This document shows positions 40,086 through 49,216 of a stretch of 64,000 nt of DNA, one piece after another; position 1 is the first letter of the stretch, and every line of letters begins with the position of its first letter. Made by a program: the position numbers and the translations under genes. Below the pieces are notes generated by a model. The model saw nothing but the letters and a program-made list of their open reading frames with translations. It was not told the DNA's origin and made no database searches. Origin of the DNA: Candidatus Hermodarchaeota archaeon (GTDB taxonomy: Archaea; Asgardarchaeota; Hermodarchaeia; Hermodarchaeales; Hermodarchaeaceae); assembly GCA_016840065.1 (NCBI GenBank), contig JAEOTB010000054.1:16483-80482 (forward strand), in the 5' to 3' direction.

Positions 40086-40343
40086 CTATTGTTTCACCAT
40101 CCGGTCCTTGTGAAGCCGTGGGCTCCCCGAGCTTACGGGAATCAGAGAGATACTTGCCTCCTTGGCTGCAAGCACAATCTTCTGCACATCTTCGGTGTTA
40201 CGGGGCCAGACCACTCCAAGGGGTGTGCTGGGTTTTGTGAAGCTTTGGTCCTTTGAGTACTGTTCAAGGAGTTCGGGGCTCCAAGAAACATTCTCTGAGC
40301 CAGTAATATCAACTAATTTTTGGAGAATGGGGTGTTGTGTCAA
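40086..40343 (-). pseudogene. Truncated FAD-binding oxidoreductase (GlcD/D-lactate dehydrogenase N-terminus)
   Basis: ITG.ENV...E.LEQYSKD.SF....P..VVWPRNTEDVQKIV..A......LIPVSSG then an abrupt end at 85 aa. Confidence 0.7.
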
Positions 40344-40374
40344 GAAGGAATTTCCACCTATTCGTGTATGGGTT

Positions 40375-40743
40375 TTAGGCTGGCGCGTATCGCTTCTGAA
40401 TGTAGATGCCGAAATAGAGTTCCAGTGGGTAGACTGCGAATAGAACTGCTGCTACTGCATCAATCAGGCCGACCGTCAGAGCTGGGTCAGAAGGAAAGGG
40501 GAAGATTAGTGAGTTAATCATGAAGTCCCGCCCTGATGTTGCGAAGGGGAAGAAGGGACGCCACATCCAATCCATCACCGGATTGTTCAGGTATAGTGAT
40601 ACGCCGGCGAAGGACATCACTGCGAAACTGAAGTAGGCAAGGAACTTGGCAATGGGGATACGGGTTCTGTGACCGTACCTATCACCTATGTAGTAGGAGA
40701 GGAACCCGAAGAGGATTAGTAGAAAAGGGTCAATGAGGAACAT
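40375..40743 (-). CDS. Small membrane protein (3 TM)
   Basis: Hydrophobic 122-aa ORF with GGTGA SD. Confidence 0.7.
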   Translation of the reverse strand: MFLIDPFLLILFGFLSYYIGDRYGHRTRIPIAKFLAYFSFAVMSFAGVSLYLNNPVMDWMWRPFFPFATSGRDFMINSLIFPFPSDPALTVGLIDAVAAVLFAVYPLELYFGIYIQKRYAPA

Positions 40744-40872
40744 TATTCAATCACCATCAATGAATTAGGTTCTATTCGTCTCATATTCTTAAGAATTCTT
40801 TTACTATTCTAACTCGGCCATGATTTTCAAGCGGATGCCTAAAGGCTGATAAATGAAGTTGTGTGATGTTCA

Positions 40873-41544
40873 GTGGTGGTTCCTTTGGTTTCCTTCACCC
40901 CTTCTTCGCTACGTAGGATGGGCTTTGTCCCTGGAACTGTCGTGGAGACTATTCTTACTACCATCGCATCAGATGGCACACCGAATGCTGCACCAATGGG
41001 GGTCTGGGTTCATCCAGGCTCAAATCTGGTAATCCGTCCCTATGCTGAGACACAGACTGCCAAGAACCTGCTTGAGGTACCGGAGGCGGTCATCAATATC
41101 ACCGATGACTCACGCATCTTCTTCAATACTGCGTTCAAACGCCGTGGAACCGATACGGAGGACTTCTTTTTTGACCCCTCAAAGAGTGTAAGACCACCAC
41201 GGCTTCGTGGGATGCTTGGCTATCTTGAGGTGGAGATTGAGGAACCTCTGAAGCCCCAAGAAATAGAGAATCCCCTTGAGTATGAATGCAAGATAAAGGA
41301 GGTGGATGCTCCTTCTAGGCTACCTCAGGTCTACTCACGGGCTCGTTTTGCTGCTATCGAATCTGTGATTCATGCTACTAGGATTGTTGCTTTATCTGAT
41401 TCTGATCCTGACCTAACAGAGAGACTTTACAGGCTCGTCCAGGAATATCACAGTCTAGTTCACCGTATTGCACCGAATTCGGTTCATTCAGGTGTGGTGG
41501 ACGATGTTCTATATCTAGTAAAACAGTTGGTATATTGGCTATGA
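40873..41544 (+). CDS. DUF447 family protein (FMN-binding split-barrel-like; methanopterin-linked)
   Basis: ETILTT....G.PNAAPMGV, T..NL, R...A.IE..IHATR. Confidence 0.8.
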   Translation: MVVPLVSFTPSSLRRMGFVPGTVVETILTTIASDGTPNAAPMGVWVHPGSNLVIRPYAETQTAKNLLEVPEAVINITDDSRIFFNTAFKRRGTDTEDFFFDPSKSVRPPRLRGMLGYLEVEIEEPLKPQEIENPLEYECKIKEVDAPSRLPQVYSRARFAAIESVIHATRIVALSDSDPDLTERLYRLVQEYHSLVHRIAPNSVHSGVVDDVLYLVKQLVYWL

Positions 41545-42539
41545 CCTCTGACAACAGGACTGTCACAGTGGAAGCCGGGGCACGCCTTCACCTTGGGTTC
41601 ATCGACCCTCTGGGAGGATCGGGGCGCAGGTATGGCTCCCTGGGCGTAGCCATTCGCCGTCCATTCTTCTCCCTAACTGCTGAGCGTATGAAGCGCGGTG
41701 TTTCAGTGAAAGGCCCTTCAGGTCAGCGCGTTCGAAATCTTGTGAGAATTTACAAGAGGTACTTCGAATATACTGGAGGATTGAGGGTTACAGTCCATGA
41801 GGAAATCCCAGAACATATTGGGTTAGGATCGGGAACACAGATGTCGCTAGCCTTAGGCACAGCCTTCGCAACTCTATTGGAACAAGAGGTGAACATCCAA
41901 GAACTGGCTAAAACAACCGGACGAGGTGAAGTTTCTGGAGTCGGTACAGCCACCTTTGAGAAAGGCGGATTTGTCATCGATGGAGGTATCCCAGTTCCAA
42001 CAGAAGACAAGGATGCTAAGGTTGCTGAAGGCTATGTACCATCCCTTCTTTTCCATCATGAGGTACCAAAGGATTGGGTGTTTATAGTTGCACTACCGAA
42101 TATCCCCCGTGGCTTCAGTGGTACCGCAGAAGAGCAGGCATTCTCCAGGATGTCACCAGCCCAGGCGGAAGAATCTAATGAGATTGGCAGGCTTGTGTTG
42201 ATGCAGCTCCTGCCTGCTCTGGTTGAAGACGATATCATTGGCTTTGGGCGGGCACTGACTACAATTCAGCGGCTCGTTGGGGATTGTTTTGCCCAGGCCC
42301 AGGGTGGACGTTTCGCAAATCCAGTGATTGCTACATGTATCACAGCTATGCTTGAAGCGGGAGCCTACGGTGCAGGGCAGAGTTCTTGGGGACCTGCCTG
42401 CTATGGACTGTCAAGAGGTTCTACCGCTGTGATGGCAATCAAGCAGGCTATCTCCCGGGTTTTGGATGCCACAAGTGGTGGCACAATCATTACTACTCAG
42501 GCTAACAATTATGGTGCTCGTGTAATCACTTCACCATAA
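41541..42539 (+). CDS. mptG: Beta-ribofuranosylaminobenzene 5'-phosphate (RFAP) synthase, GHMP-kinase family
   Basis: ARLHLG.ID, H.GLGSGTQ, GRG..SGVG...F..GGFVIDGG, GQSSWGP; ATGA-coupled to DUF447. Confidence 0.85.
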   Translation: MTSDNRTVTVEAGARLHLGFIDPLGGSGRRYGSLGVAIRRPFFSLTAERMKRGVSVKGPSGQRVRNLVRIYKRYFEYTGGLRVTVHEEIPEHIGLGSGTQMSLALGTAFATLLEQEVNIQELAKTTGRGEVSGVGTATFEKGGFVIDGGIPVPTEDKDAKVAEGYVPSLLFHHEVPKDWVFIVALPNIPRGFSGTAEEQAFSRMSPAQAEESNEIGRLVLMQLLPALVEDDIIGFGRALTTIQRLVGDCFAQAQGGRFANPVIATCITAMLEAGAYGAGQSSWGPACYGLSRGSTAVMAIKQAISRVLDATSGGTIITTQANNYGARVITSP

Positions 42540-42577
42540 CGCTTTATGCTTCCCTTGTTGGAGCCCTGTTTGGGCTG

Positions 42578-43675
42578 CTAGGCTTCTTTATACATTTGGC
42601 GAATCATTTTTGCCTGTGGTAATGAAATCCAGTCCAGCACTGAGCCGCCGCATTCTCTTAGTTGCATCGCCTCAATAATTTCCTCGTAGGGCCCTCCTGC
42701 AAGGCCATCAGCAAATATTGCTGCACCCTGAGCAGCCTCTTTGGATTTGTCTCCCAACCGAGCTATCTGTCTTACTGGGACACCAAACTGGGTCATGCGT
42801 TTTTCTAGGTCTTTGGCTAGCTTGCCTACCCGAGTGAGTCGCCCTGAGAGGAGGATTTCTCGTACATCAGGCACTGCTACCTTTAGCTGAGCTACGGCTT
42901 TTGCAAGTCCTTCAGCGACGCCATTCCAAGCTGCTTGTGCTCTTTTGTCACCTTTGGCAAGGCGTTTCGCGAAATCTTCTGGGCTAAGATTCGGTTCACC
43001 CATCATCGAGAGAACCCCTCCTTGGAAGAGGGTGCCTTTAGAGAAGCCGCGAAGCAGATAGGCGAGTTCACCGTCCATTCCACCAAGAGTTAGGAAGCCT
43101 GGACCACCGATTGTGCCTCCGACGCCGTCAACGACTAATCCCTTGTCGGCAGCCATCGCCGCTGGGTAACCGTATCCTAGCTCAACAACGATTACTGATG
43201 TCTCGTTATAGGGGATGCCAAGACGTTTGGCTTGGTCATAAACGCCAAGTATTGTGCAGCATAATTTGTCTGCTGTGCCGAGGTCGATGCGGTTATGCTT
43301 CCGCCATACTGGGACAGAGTCAAGGTGGATTACGCCTGGGATGAACATCATTTCAATATCGGATTTCTGAACTAGACGCACCATGTCCTTGATAGCTTCT
43401 AACACTGGTATCTTGTCATCGTCGTGGCGTACAAGGACTAGCTGGAAGAATTCTTCGTCTTCAACCTCTTCAGAGTAGAGAAGTGGAAGGCCATATCCGC
43501 TGGGTCCAACTACAAGATCGATGTCGCCAGCTTTGTTAATCACATCAAGGATGCATTGGGGGTCCTTGGCCACATCCACGCTTGTGATGCTCGACTCGAG
43601 GAACACCTTCCCATCCTCAAGTCCACAGAAATCAAAACTACGAGTACCTGGGTCAATACCAATTACGCGAACCAT
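42578..43675 (-). CDS. DUF1464 family protein (ASKHA/butyrate-kinase-like)
   Basis: VIGIDPGTRSFD, GPSGYGLP, PGVIHL..VP..RK.N.ID.GTADK, DG.GGT, KEAAQGAA..ADGL. Confidence 0.85.
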   Translation of the reverse strand: MVRVIGIDPGTRSFDFCGLEDGKVFLESSITSVDVAKDPQCILDVINKAGDIDLVVGPSGYGLPLLYSEEVEDEEFFQLVLVRHDDDKIPVLEAIKDMVRLVQKSDIEMMFIPGVIHLDSVPVWRKHNRIDLGTADKLCCTILGVYDQAKRLGIPYNETSVIVVELGYGYPAAMAADKGLVVDGVGGTIGGPGFLTLGGMDGELAYLLRGFSKGTLFQGGVLSMMGEPNLSPEDFAKRLAKGDKRAQAAWNGVAEGLAKAVAQLKVAVPDVREILLSGRLTRVGKLAKDLEKRMTQFGVPVRQIARLGDKSKEAAQGAAIFADGLAGGPYEEIIEAMQLRECGGSVLDWISLPQAKMIRQMYKEA

Positions 43676-43924
43676 TTTTTCCGAACCTCATCATATGATT
43701 GATCTCTTGTCACTATCGAGTCTTCGAGGTTCTTGTTACTTAAACATTTGTCCTTTCCTCTCATCAACAAGTACAAAAAGCTAGAAACAAATAGCCTCTG
43801 ATTGTGGCTTGGTTTAGTACTGCTTTCTAATAGTTAAAAGATTTTATACGCGAATAACTATAGGTCTATTGCAGATAGCTTCGGCGGACGCGTATGAGGA
43901 ACGCGTTTTAGGTCGTGAGGAAAG

Positions 43925-44737
43925 ATGTCGTTTTCGGGTCTAGTCAAGAAACACTGGGTCTATGTTCTTGTAGTAATAATTGCGGTGATTATAGGCGTTC
44001 TTGGCGTCCTAAATCCAGTAACCCTGCCGAACCCCCTTGAAGGGTTGCCTTTCGAAGACGTAATGCTTCTAGGTCTTTCGATGAACTCACTGATTCTACT
44101 TTGGGGCGTAGCCATCTACCTGTTTTATCGATGGGTGATTACTGGGCAGCAGATATCATCGACACTATGTTGGGCGATAGCATTCCTAGTCTATGGATTT
44201 CTCTTTGTTGCCATGAGTGCCCAAGCCCTTGGTGTACCATGGGCCAACATGAAAAACGCACTGGTCTTCTTCGAGTTTCGCCAAGCGATGATCTGGTTCC
44301 TCGCCTTCCTCTGGCTCGGAGTCGCCATGCGACTGACTGAGAACTCACAGGTTCGCTATATCCCAGCTATATTGATAGTAGGTGTGAGTTATGTCTGGTT
44401 CGCATGGTGCTTGATTTCTCTCTATGGTGTCGTTCCCGATAACGTCTTGATTGATACGATTATGTATGGCTTTACCTTCGGTGTCCTGATTCCCGTTTGC
44501 TTCACGCTCGCGTACAGTTTCTTCCTTTATGGCCGCAAAGGAGGAATCAAAGCGCCCTATTACCTTGCTGCTGGGTTCACTTGGCTGGGCTTAACTTATG
44601 GCAGCTGGGCTCCGTGGCATGGAACCAGTTTCTATTTCATCTGCTATTTCCTGTTCATGATATCACTAATACTCATAGCCATAGGCTTTTTGATGTTGTC
44701 AAGAGACGTGGAGCTCCAACGGCTTCGTTCAAGATAG
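43925..44737 (+). CDS. Polytopic membrane protein (~8 TM), 7TM-receptor-like, no output domain
   Basis: Eight hydrophobic segments and short loops. Confidence 0.7.
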   Translation: MSFSGLVKKHWVYVLVVIIAVIIGVLGVLNPVTLPNPLEGLPFEDVMLLGLSMNSLILLWGVAIYLFYRWVITGQQISSTLCWAIAFLVYGFLFVAMSAQALGVPWANMKNALVFFEFRQAMIWFLAFLWLGVAMRLTENSQVRYIPAILIVGVSYVWFAWCLISLYGVVPDNVLIDTIMYGFTFGVLIPVCFTLAYSFFLYGRKGGIKAPYYLAAGFTWLGLTYGSWAPWHGTSFYFICYFLFMISLILIAIGFLMLSRDVELQRLRSR

Positions 44738-44812
44738 ACCACGTATAAAACGAAGAATCTTACCAGGTGAAATACCTAGGATTAGTTCAAGTAATTCGTT
44801 CGATATGCTAGT

Positions 44813-44851
44813 AAAAAGAAAAGAGAGGAAAGAGAGGCGACTCCTCTTTCC
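44813..44851 (-). terminator. Stem-loop plus U-tract after the 44874-45377 gene
   Basis: GGAAAGAG-AG-GCGA-CT-C-CTCTTTCC hairpin, followed on the minus strand by TTTTCTTTTT. Confidence 0.55.
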
Positions 44852-44873
44852 ATTTGTACATCCAAGGAAGGTT

Positions 44874-45377
44874 CTATTTTCGGAAGTAGGTCAATGAAGG
44901 ATCTGGTCTGCCGACAAAGCAGATGTATCTGAATCCGTATTTCTTGATGATATTGAAAGCCTGTCTAGCTTCTCCAGCGTTGCTCTCAAAGTCCATGATC
45001 CAATGTGATCCCTCGACAATCTTCCATCGTCCATTGATTTCCTTTACTTCGATATTGGCTGGGTTGAAGCCGATTGCGTCTTCACCCGGGAATGGACCAG
45101 AGGGAGCCATTCTGCCAACGAGGAAGTAGGTCATCGAAGGGTCAGGTCGTCCCACAAAGCAACTTCGGTTCATCCGGTAGTGCTTGATGATGGAAAAAGC
45201 TAGTCTAGCCTCTGCTTCGAGGTTTTCAAAGTCGAGAAGCCAACGGCGTCCTTGAATGATTTTCCAGCGTCCACGGACTTTTTTGACTTCGATTCGGTCG
45301 GGGTTGAAAGTAAGGCAGTCTTCTCTGACTGGTCTACGTATTTTTAGTCGTCCTTGCCATCTTGGTGGTCTACTCAT
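44874..45377 (-). CDS. Two-repeat hypothetical protein
   Basis: ED...FNP..IEVK...GRWKI..G..W..DFE....EAR.AF.IIK.Y.....CFVGRPDPS.TYF occurs twice. Confidence 0.8.
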   Translation of the reverse strand: MSRPPRWQGRLKIRRPVREDCLTFNPDRIEVKKVRGRWKIIQGRRWLLDFENLEAEARLAFSIIKHYRMNRSCFVGRPDPSMTYFLVGRMAPSGPFPGEDAIGFNPANIEVKEINGRWKIVEGSHWIMDFESNAGEARQAFNIIKKYGFRYICFVGRPDPSLTYFRK

Positions 45378-45433
45378 ATTCAGTTCACCGTTTATCTTCG
45401 GGTCTTGCGTGGTTTATATCTGCTTTCTTTTTC

Positions 45434-46402
45434 CTATTGGTCTTGAATTTGTAGTCCGAGGCGTGTGAAGAAATCGTTTAGGTCGATGTTTCCGCCGCTG
45501 ATTATGACTCCGATTTTCTGGTCCTCCATAGGTAATCCGCTGTAAAGGAGTCCTGCCATGGAAACGGCGCCTGAGGGCTCTACGACGAGTTTCATTCGTT
45601 CCCATAGTATTCTCATCGCGACGAGTATTTCCTTTTCTGATACAGTGACGATGTCGTCGACCTTGTCACTGATTATTTTGAACGTGTGGCTTCCCAATGA
45701 TGTGCGAAGGCCATCGGCTATCGTCTTGGGGTCAATTGAGGGGAGTATTTTACCTTCCTTAAGAGAACGGTAGGCGTCATCGGCGTTTTTGGGTTCCACA
45801 CCGATTACATTCGCGTCTGGGCAAAGCCCCTTGGTTGCGATTGCTGTACCGCTTAGTAGTCCGCCTCCCCCAACTGGTGCGAAAATCCAGTCTAACGGAC
45901 CGACTTCTTTTATCAGCTCATAAGCTGCTGTGCCGGCGCCGTGGATGACACGGAGATCATTGTAAGGGTGGATTAGGGTGTAGCCATGTTCTTCAATGAG
46001 TTCTGTTGTTCTCTTTTCACGGTCAGCTGCAGAATTGCCACAGGTTATGATTTTTGCGCCGTAGCCGCGAGTTGCTTCCATCTTTATTGGTGATGAATTC
46101 TTTGGCATGACTATTGTAGCTTTGACGCCAAGCAGTATTGCAGCTAATGCCACTGCCTGTGCGTGGTTGCCTGAGGAGTGGGTAATGACTCCCTTTCGTC
46201 GCTCCGTTGTGGACAGCTGACTGATGGCGTTGTAGGCTCCTCTGAACTTGAAGGCACCAACCCGCTGGAAGTTTTCGCACTTGAAAAACACCTCTCCACC
46301 TGTAAGAGTGTTTACAGTCCGGCTAGTCATAACGGGAGTGTGATGAGTGACCTGTCGAATCCTGGCAAGGGCAGCTTCTACTTCTTCAAACATCTTGGAC
46401 AC
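45434..46402 (-). CDS. PLP-dependent threonine/serine dehydratase (serine racemase-like, no regulatory domain)
   Basis: FKCENFQR.GAFKFRGA, SSGNH, PVGGGGL, TIADG, VEPSGA, SGGN. Confidence 0.9.
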   Translation of the reverse strand: MSKMFEEVEAALARIRQVTHHTPVMTSRTVNTLTGGEVFFKCENFQRVGAFKFRGAYNAISQLSTTERRKGVITHSSGNHAQAVALAAILLGVKATIVMPKNSSPIKMEATRGYGAKIITCGNSAADREKRTTELIEEHGYTLIHPYNDLRVIHGAGTAAYELIKEVGPLDWIFAPVGGGGLLSGTAIATKGLCPDANVIGVEPKNADDAYRSLKEGKILPSIDPKTIADGLRTSLGSHTFKIISDKVDDIVTVSEKEILVAMRILWERMKLVVEPSGAVSMAGLLYSGLPMEDQKIGVIISGGNIDLNDFFTRLGLQIQDQ

Positions 46403-46445
46403 AACATTCGCTGAAGCAACGAAGGAATATAGCGTTTCCTATCCA

Positions 46446-47708
46446 CTAGCCTTTCGGTAGTGGACGGAGTTGCTTGTAAATCGATTCAACGGTTTGCCAT
46501 GCACCTTCTAGTGCCTCTTTATGGGTTGAAGCCACAGAATTCACAGTGCAGATAGGGTCCCCAAAGCCTGCGTGGCTACCTGGGATTGGAATATCCACGA
46601 CATCAGGAATGAATCTAAGATCGGGAATCTCACAATGTTCCCGAGCGTAAACGATGATACGAGCACAGCTAGATGTGTGCAGAGGCGCCTCATCTGGGAG
46701 GTTTCCTTCGCAGGCAGCAAGATGTTGTTTCACTTGGTTGACACCCGTCGTTAGTTCTATGGCTTCAATGGTAGCCTGAAAACGGGGGTTAATTTCCATG
46801 AAATAAGGTGTGCCGTCTTGTGTAATTACAAAGTCGAGTCCGTTACTTCCTAGAAGTCCAAGGCTCTCAGTCATCTCTTCTGCTGTCGAAGCAAGGCCTG
46901 ATAAGATAGAGGAGTCCGCCTTTAGAGGGATTACATTTCCACAGTAGGCTTTAGTGCGTTCTCGCCCCAGCTCTGGAAGCCCGATTAGTTGTTCATTGAC
47001 TGAGACGGCACATGCTCTTTGACCAGTCCCGAGGACTGAGACACTGGCGTCTGTTCCTACTACTAGTTCCTGTACAATAACGGGCACTGAATCGAACGCA
47101 TGATGAATCGCATAGCTGGCGGCTTCTTCTTCGGTACGTAGAACTCTGGTGTAGAAGCCACCGCTCCCATGATAGGGTTTGACAACGACTGGAAGAGCCA
47201 GTCTAGTAACTGCGTTCTTGAAGGTCTTTCGGGATTTTGCTGACTCTCCTACTGGAATTTCCGCGCCACAGCGCTGGGCCAAGTCAGCTGTTGCCTTGCG
47301 GTCGCGTGCAGATTTCAAGAGTTCAGGTGTATTACCTGTAAGAGGTCCAAGATTTGTTAGTGCCTCCCATTCAGTGGGGTTGTCATCGAAGCCCCCACCA
47401 ACTAGTACATGCTGAACCCCACCACGCCCTATAAGGATTTGTTCTGCGCCCTCAATTAGTGTCTGTGTTGTGGGAATCGATGGACGGTCTGGACGTGCAT
47501 CGGGTTGCTGGTCGAGCACCGCAATATAACGGTCTGCCCACAGTGATAGATCTAGGTCACCCCAATAATCAACGGCAAGAACACGAAAGCCTGCCAGCTT
47601 TGCTGAACGAGCCAACGGGCGGACATTGAATCCAATGGCAAGTACCCAAGACTCCTCGACAGGTGATGAATCGGAGTGAGCGGTCATCAAGGGAAAATCC
47701 TCAGCCAT
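46446..47708 (-). CDS. ATP-grasp protein of the methanopterin/methanofuran-associated type
   Basis: RPLARSA..AG..V.AVDYWGD.D, VVKP..GSGG, YCGN..P, L.GSNGLDF, EINPRFQAT, G.PICTV. Confidence 0.8.
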   Translation of the reverse strand: MAEDFPLMTAHSDSSPVEESWVLAIGFNVRPLARSAKLAGFRVLAVDYWGDLDLSLWADRYIAVLDQQPDARPDRPSIPTTQTLIEGAEQILIGRGGVQHVLVGGGFDDNPTEWEALTNLGPLTGNTPELLKSARDRKATADLAQRCGAEIPVGESAKSRKTFKNAVTRLALPVVVKPYHGSGGFYTRVLRTEEEAASYAIHHAFDSVPVIVQELVVGTDASVSVLGTGQRACAVSVNEQLIGLPELGRERTKAYCGNVIPLKADSSILSGLASTAEEMTESLGLLGSNGLDFVITQDGTPYFMEINPRFQATIEAIELTTGVNQVKQHLAACEGNLPDEAPLHTSSCARIIVYAREHCEIPDLRFIPDVVDIPIPGSHAGFGDPICTVNSVASTHKEALEGAWQTVESIYKQLRPLPKG

Positions 47709-47876
47709 ATTCGCTATCTAAACACACCAAGACCCGAACTCAACTATCTCCTACCAAAGAATCACTAATAAAACATTCCCAAATATGGCAACAATGGAAT
47801 CTAATCACCTCTACACAAAATATATGAGGTTTTAGATAGAAATTCAATATGCAGAAACCCAGCGCCAGGAGCAACA

Positions 47877-48347
47877 ATGAGTATCATTAATCTCAACCCA
47901 GATGAAGTAACGATTCAGATTTTCTGTAAGACGTGTCAGACCGAGATAGAGGTTACTATACCTCGTCTTGTGATTGACAATGCCAAATCCTTTCCAATTG
48001 CACACCTCCACCTTCACGGGGACCCACCACATGGGTTAACACTCTATATTGATCGACATTATGGGGTTAGGGGAACCGAACTAAGCGAAGCAGTCACAAT
48101 CGAGAAACCAAAGGAAATTGCGCCCCTCACTAGCTTAGTATTGCTCCGGGTTCCAAAGCGACTTAAACAAACTGCGTTAGCTATGTTGAAGCTGCGGCAG
48201 GGTTCTGCCATAGAGGTTGCGAACATGACTGGTAAGGACCCAGCAGTCGAATCCCAATATCTGGGTCAGCTTTGGCGTATGGGCTACCTGATACGGACTA
48301 GAGTCCAACAACATTACCAGTATCAAATCGCGCAAGCAAATCCTTAA
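47877..48347 (+). CDS. CxxC/His metal-binding domain + C-terminal winged HTH
   Basis: CKTC...HLHLHGDPPH..LYID...VRG.E; LLRVPKRLKQTALAML...A.EVA..TG....VES.YL.QL..MGYL. Confidence 0.75.
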   Translation: MSIINLNPDEVTIQIFCKTCQTEIEVTIPRLVIDNAKSFPIAHLHLHGDPPHGLTLYIDRHYGVRGTELSEAVTIEKPKEIAPLTSLVLLRVPKRLKQTALAMLKLRQGSAIEVANMTGKDPAVESQYLGQLWRMGYLIRTRVQQHYQYQIAQANP

Positions 48348-48392
48348 TACATCAATAAACTAAGGCTCTATTGGACTTAGGAGTAACCGATT

Positions 48393-49199
48393 ATGTCTGG
48401 AGCAACTATTCACAAATCCATCTCAATTCACTCCTTTAAGGGAGGAACCGGGAAATCAAATATCTCATCTAATACTGCTTTGACCTTGGCAAGGCGAGGA
48501 CACAGTGTTGTCCTTCTAGACTTTGACTTCCGGGCCCCAAGCTTATCCACTTTATTTCAGATGAAGGATGGAGTGAAGTATTGGTTAAATGATTGGCTGG
48601 ACCAGAAGTGTGAACTCACAGATGCATTGGCAGACCTGACCAGCAAGTTTGGTACAAAGGGCAAGTTTCAGGTCGGCTTTACCAACCCGAGCGGCGATGC
48701 CATCAATGAGATGACTCAACACGGCTTAGATGAGGCCTGGCAGGCAAGAGTTCTTCAGCTAATCCTTGACGCGAAGGATACGCTCTTTGAAAGGCATGGA
48801 GTGAATTTCATAGTTTTCGACACCAGCCCAGGTTTTGCCCTAAGCTCAATAAACGCCATTGTAGCATCAGATCATCTAATTCTGGTTCTGAAGGCTGATC
48901 AGCAGGACTTGGTAGGAACAGAGCAGCTAATCAAAGGAGTTTATGACCAGACTCTTGGGAAGCAACCAGAACTAATACTGAACAAGATGCCTGTTAGCAT
49001 TCTCAAGTCTAAGGAGAAGTATGAGAGGATTCTAGGTGAAATACAGCAACAATTAGGAGTCAGAATCGTCTCTGTCATCGCTTGTTTCTGTGAAGTCTTG
49101 GAGAACCTTGGTAGCCAACTCTTCGTGATAGCGAAACCTGAACATCCCTTTACAAAGAGTATCGAACATCTGGCAAGTCACTTTGAAAAAGTGAAGTAG
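48393..49199 (+). CDS. MinD/ParA-family ATPase
   Basis: Deviant Walker A SFKGGTGKS, DFDFRAPSL, DTSPG, LNK; ends F....P.HPF. Confidence 0.9.
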   Translation: MSGATIHKSISIHSFKGGTGKSNISSNTALTLARRGHSVVLLDFDFRAPSLSTLFQMKDGVKYWLNDWLDQKCELTDALADLTSKFGTKGKFQVGFTNPSGDAINEMTQHGLDEAWQARVLQLILDAKDTLFERHGVNFIVFDTSPGFALSSINAIVASDHLILVLKADQQDLVGTEQLIKGVYDQTLGKQPELILNKMPVSILKSKEKYERILGEIQQQLGVRIVSVIACFCEVLENLGSQLFVIAKPEHPFTKSIEHLASHFEKVK

Positions 49200-49216
49200 A
49201 TAATGAGGTGATAATT

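Noticed and set aside
40083-40088. In-frame TAG-ATG junction suggesting pyrrolysine/amber readthrough
   Set aside because: The downstream gene has its own family-conserved SD leader and the upstream part is a truncated remnant; no pyl genes in the window
43925-44737. Rhodopsin/heliorhodopsin
   Set aside because: No Schiff-base lysine in the final TM helix and no RYxxW-type motif
47715-47840. 9-bp inverted repeat CTATCTAAA/TTTAGATAG as a centromere-like site for the MinD module
   Set aside because: Short, AT-rich and only two copies; compatible with chance
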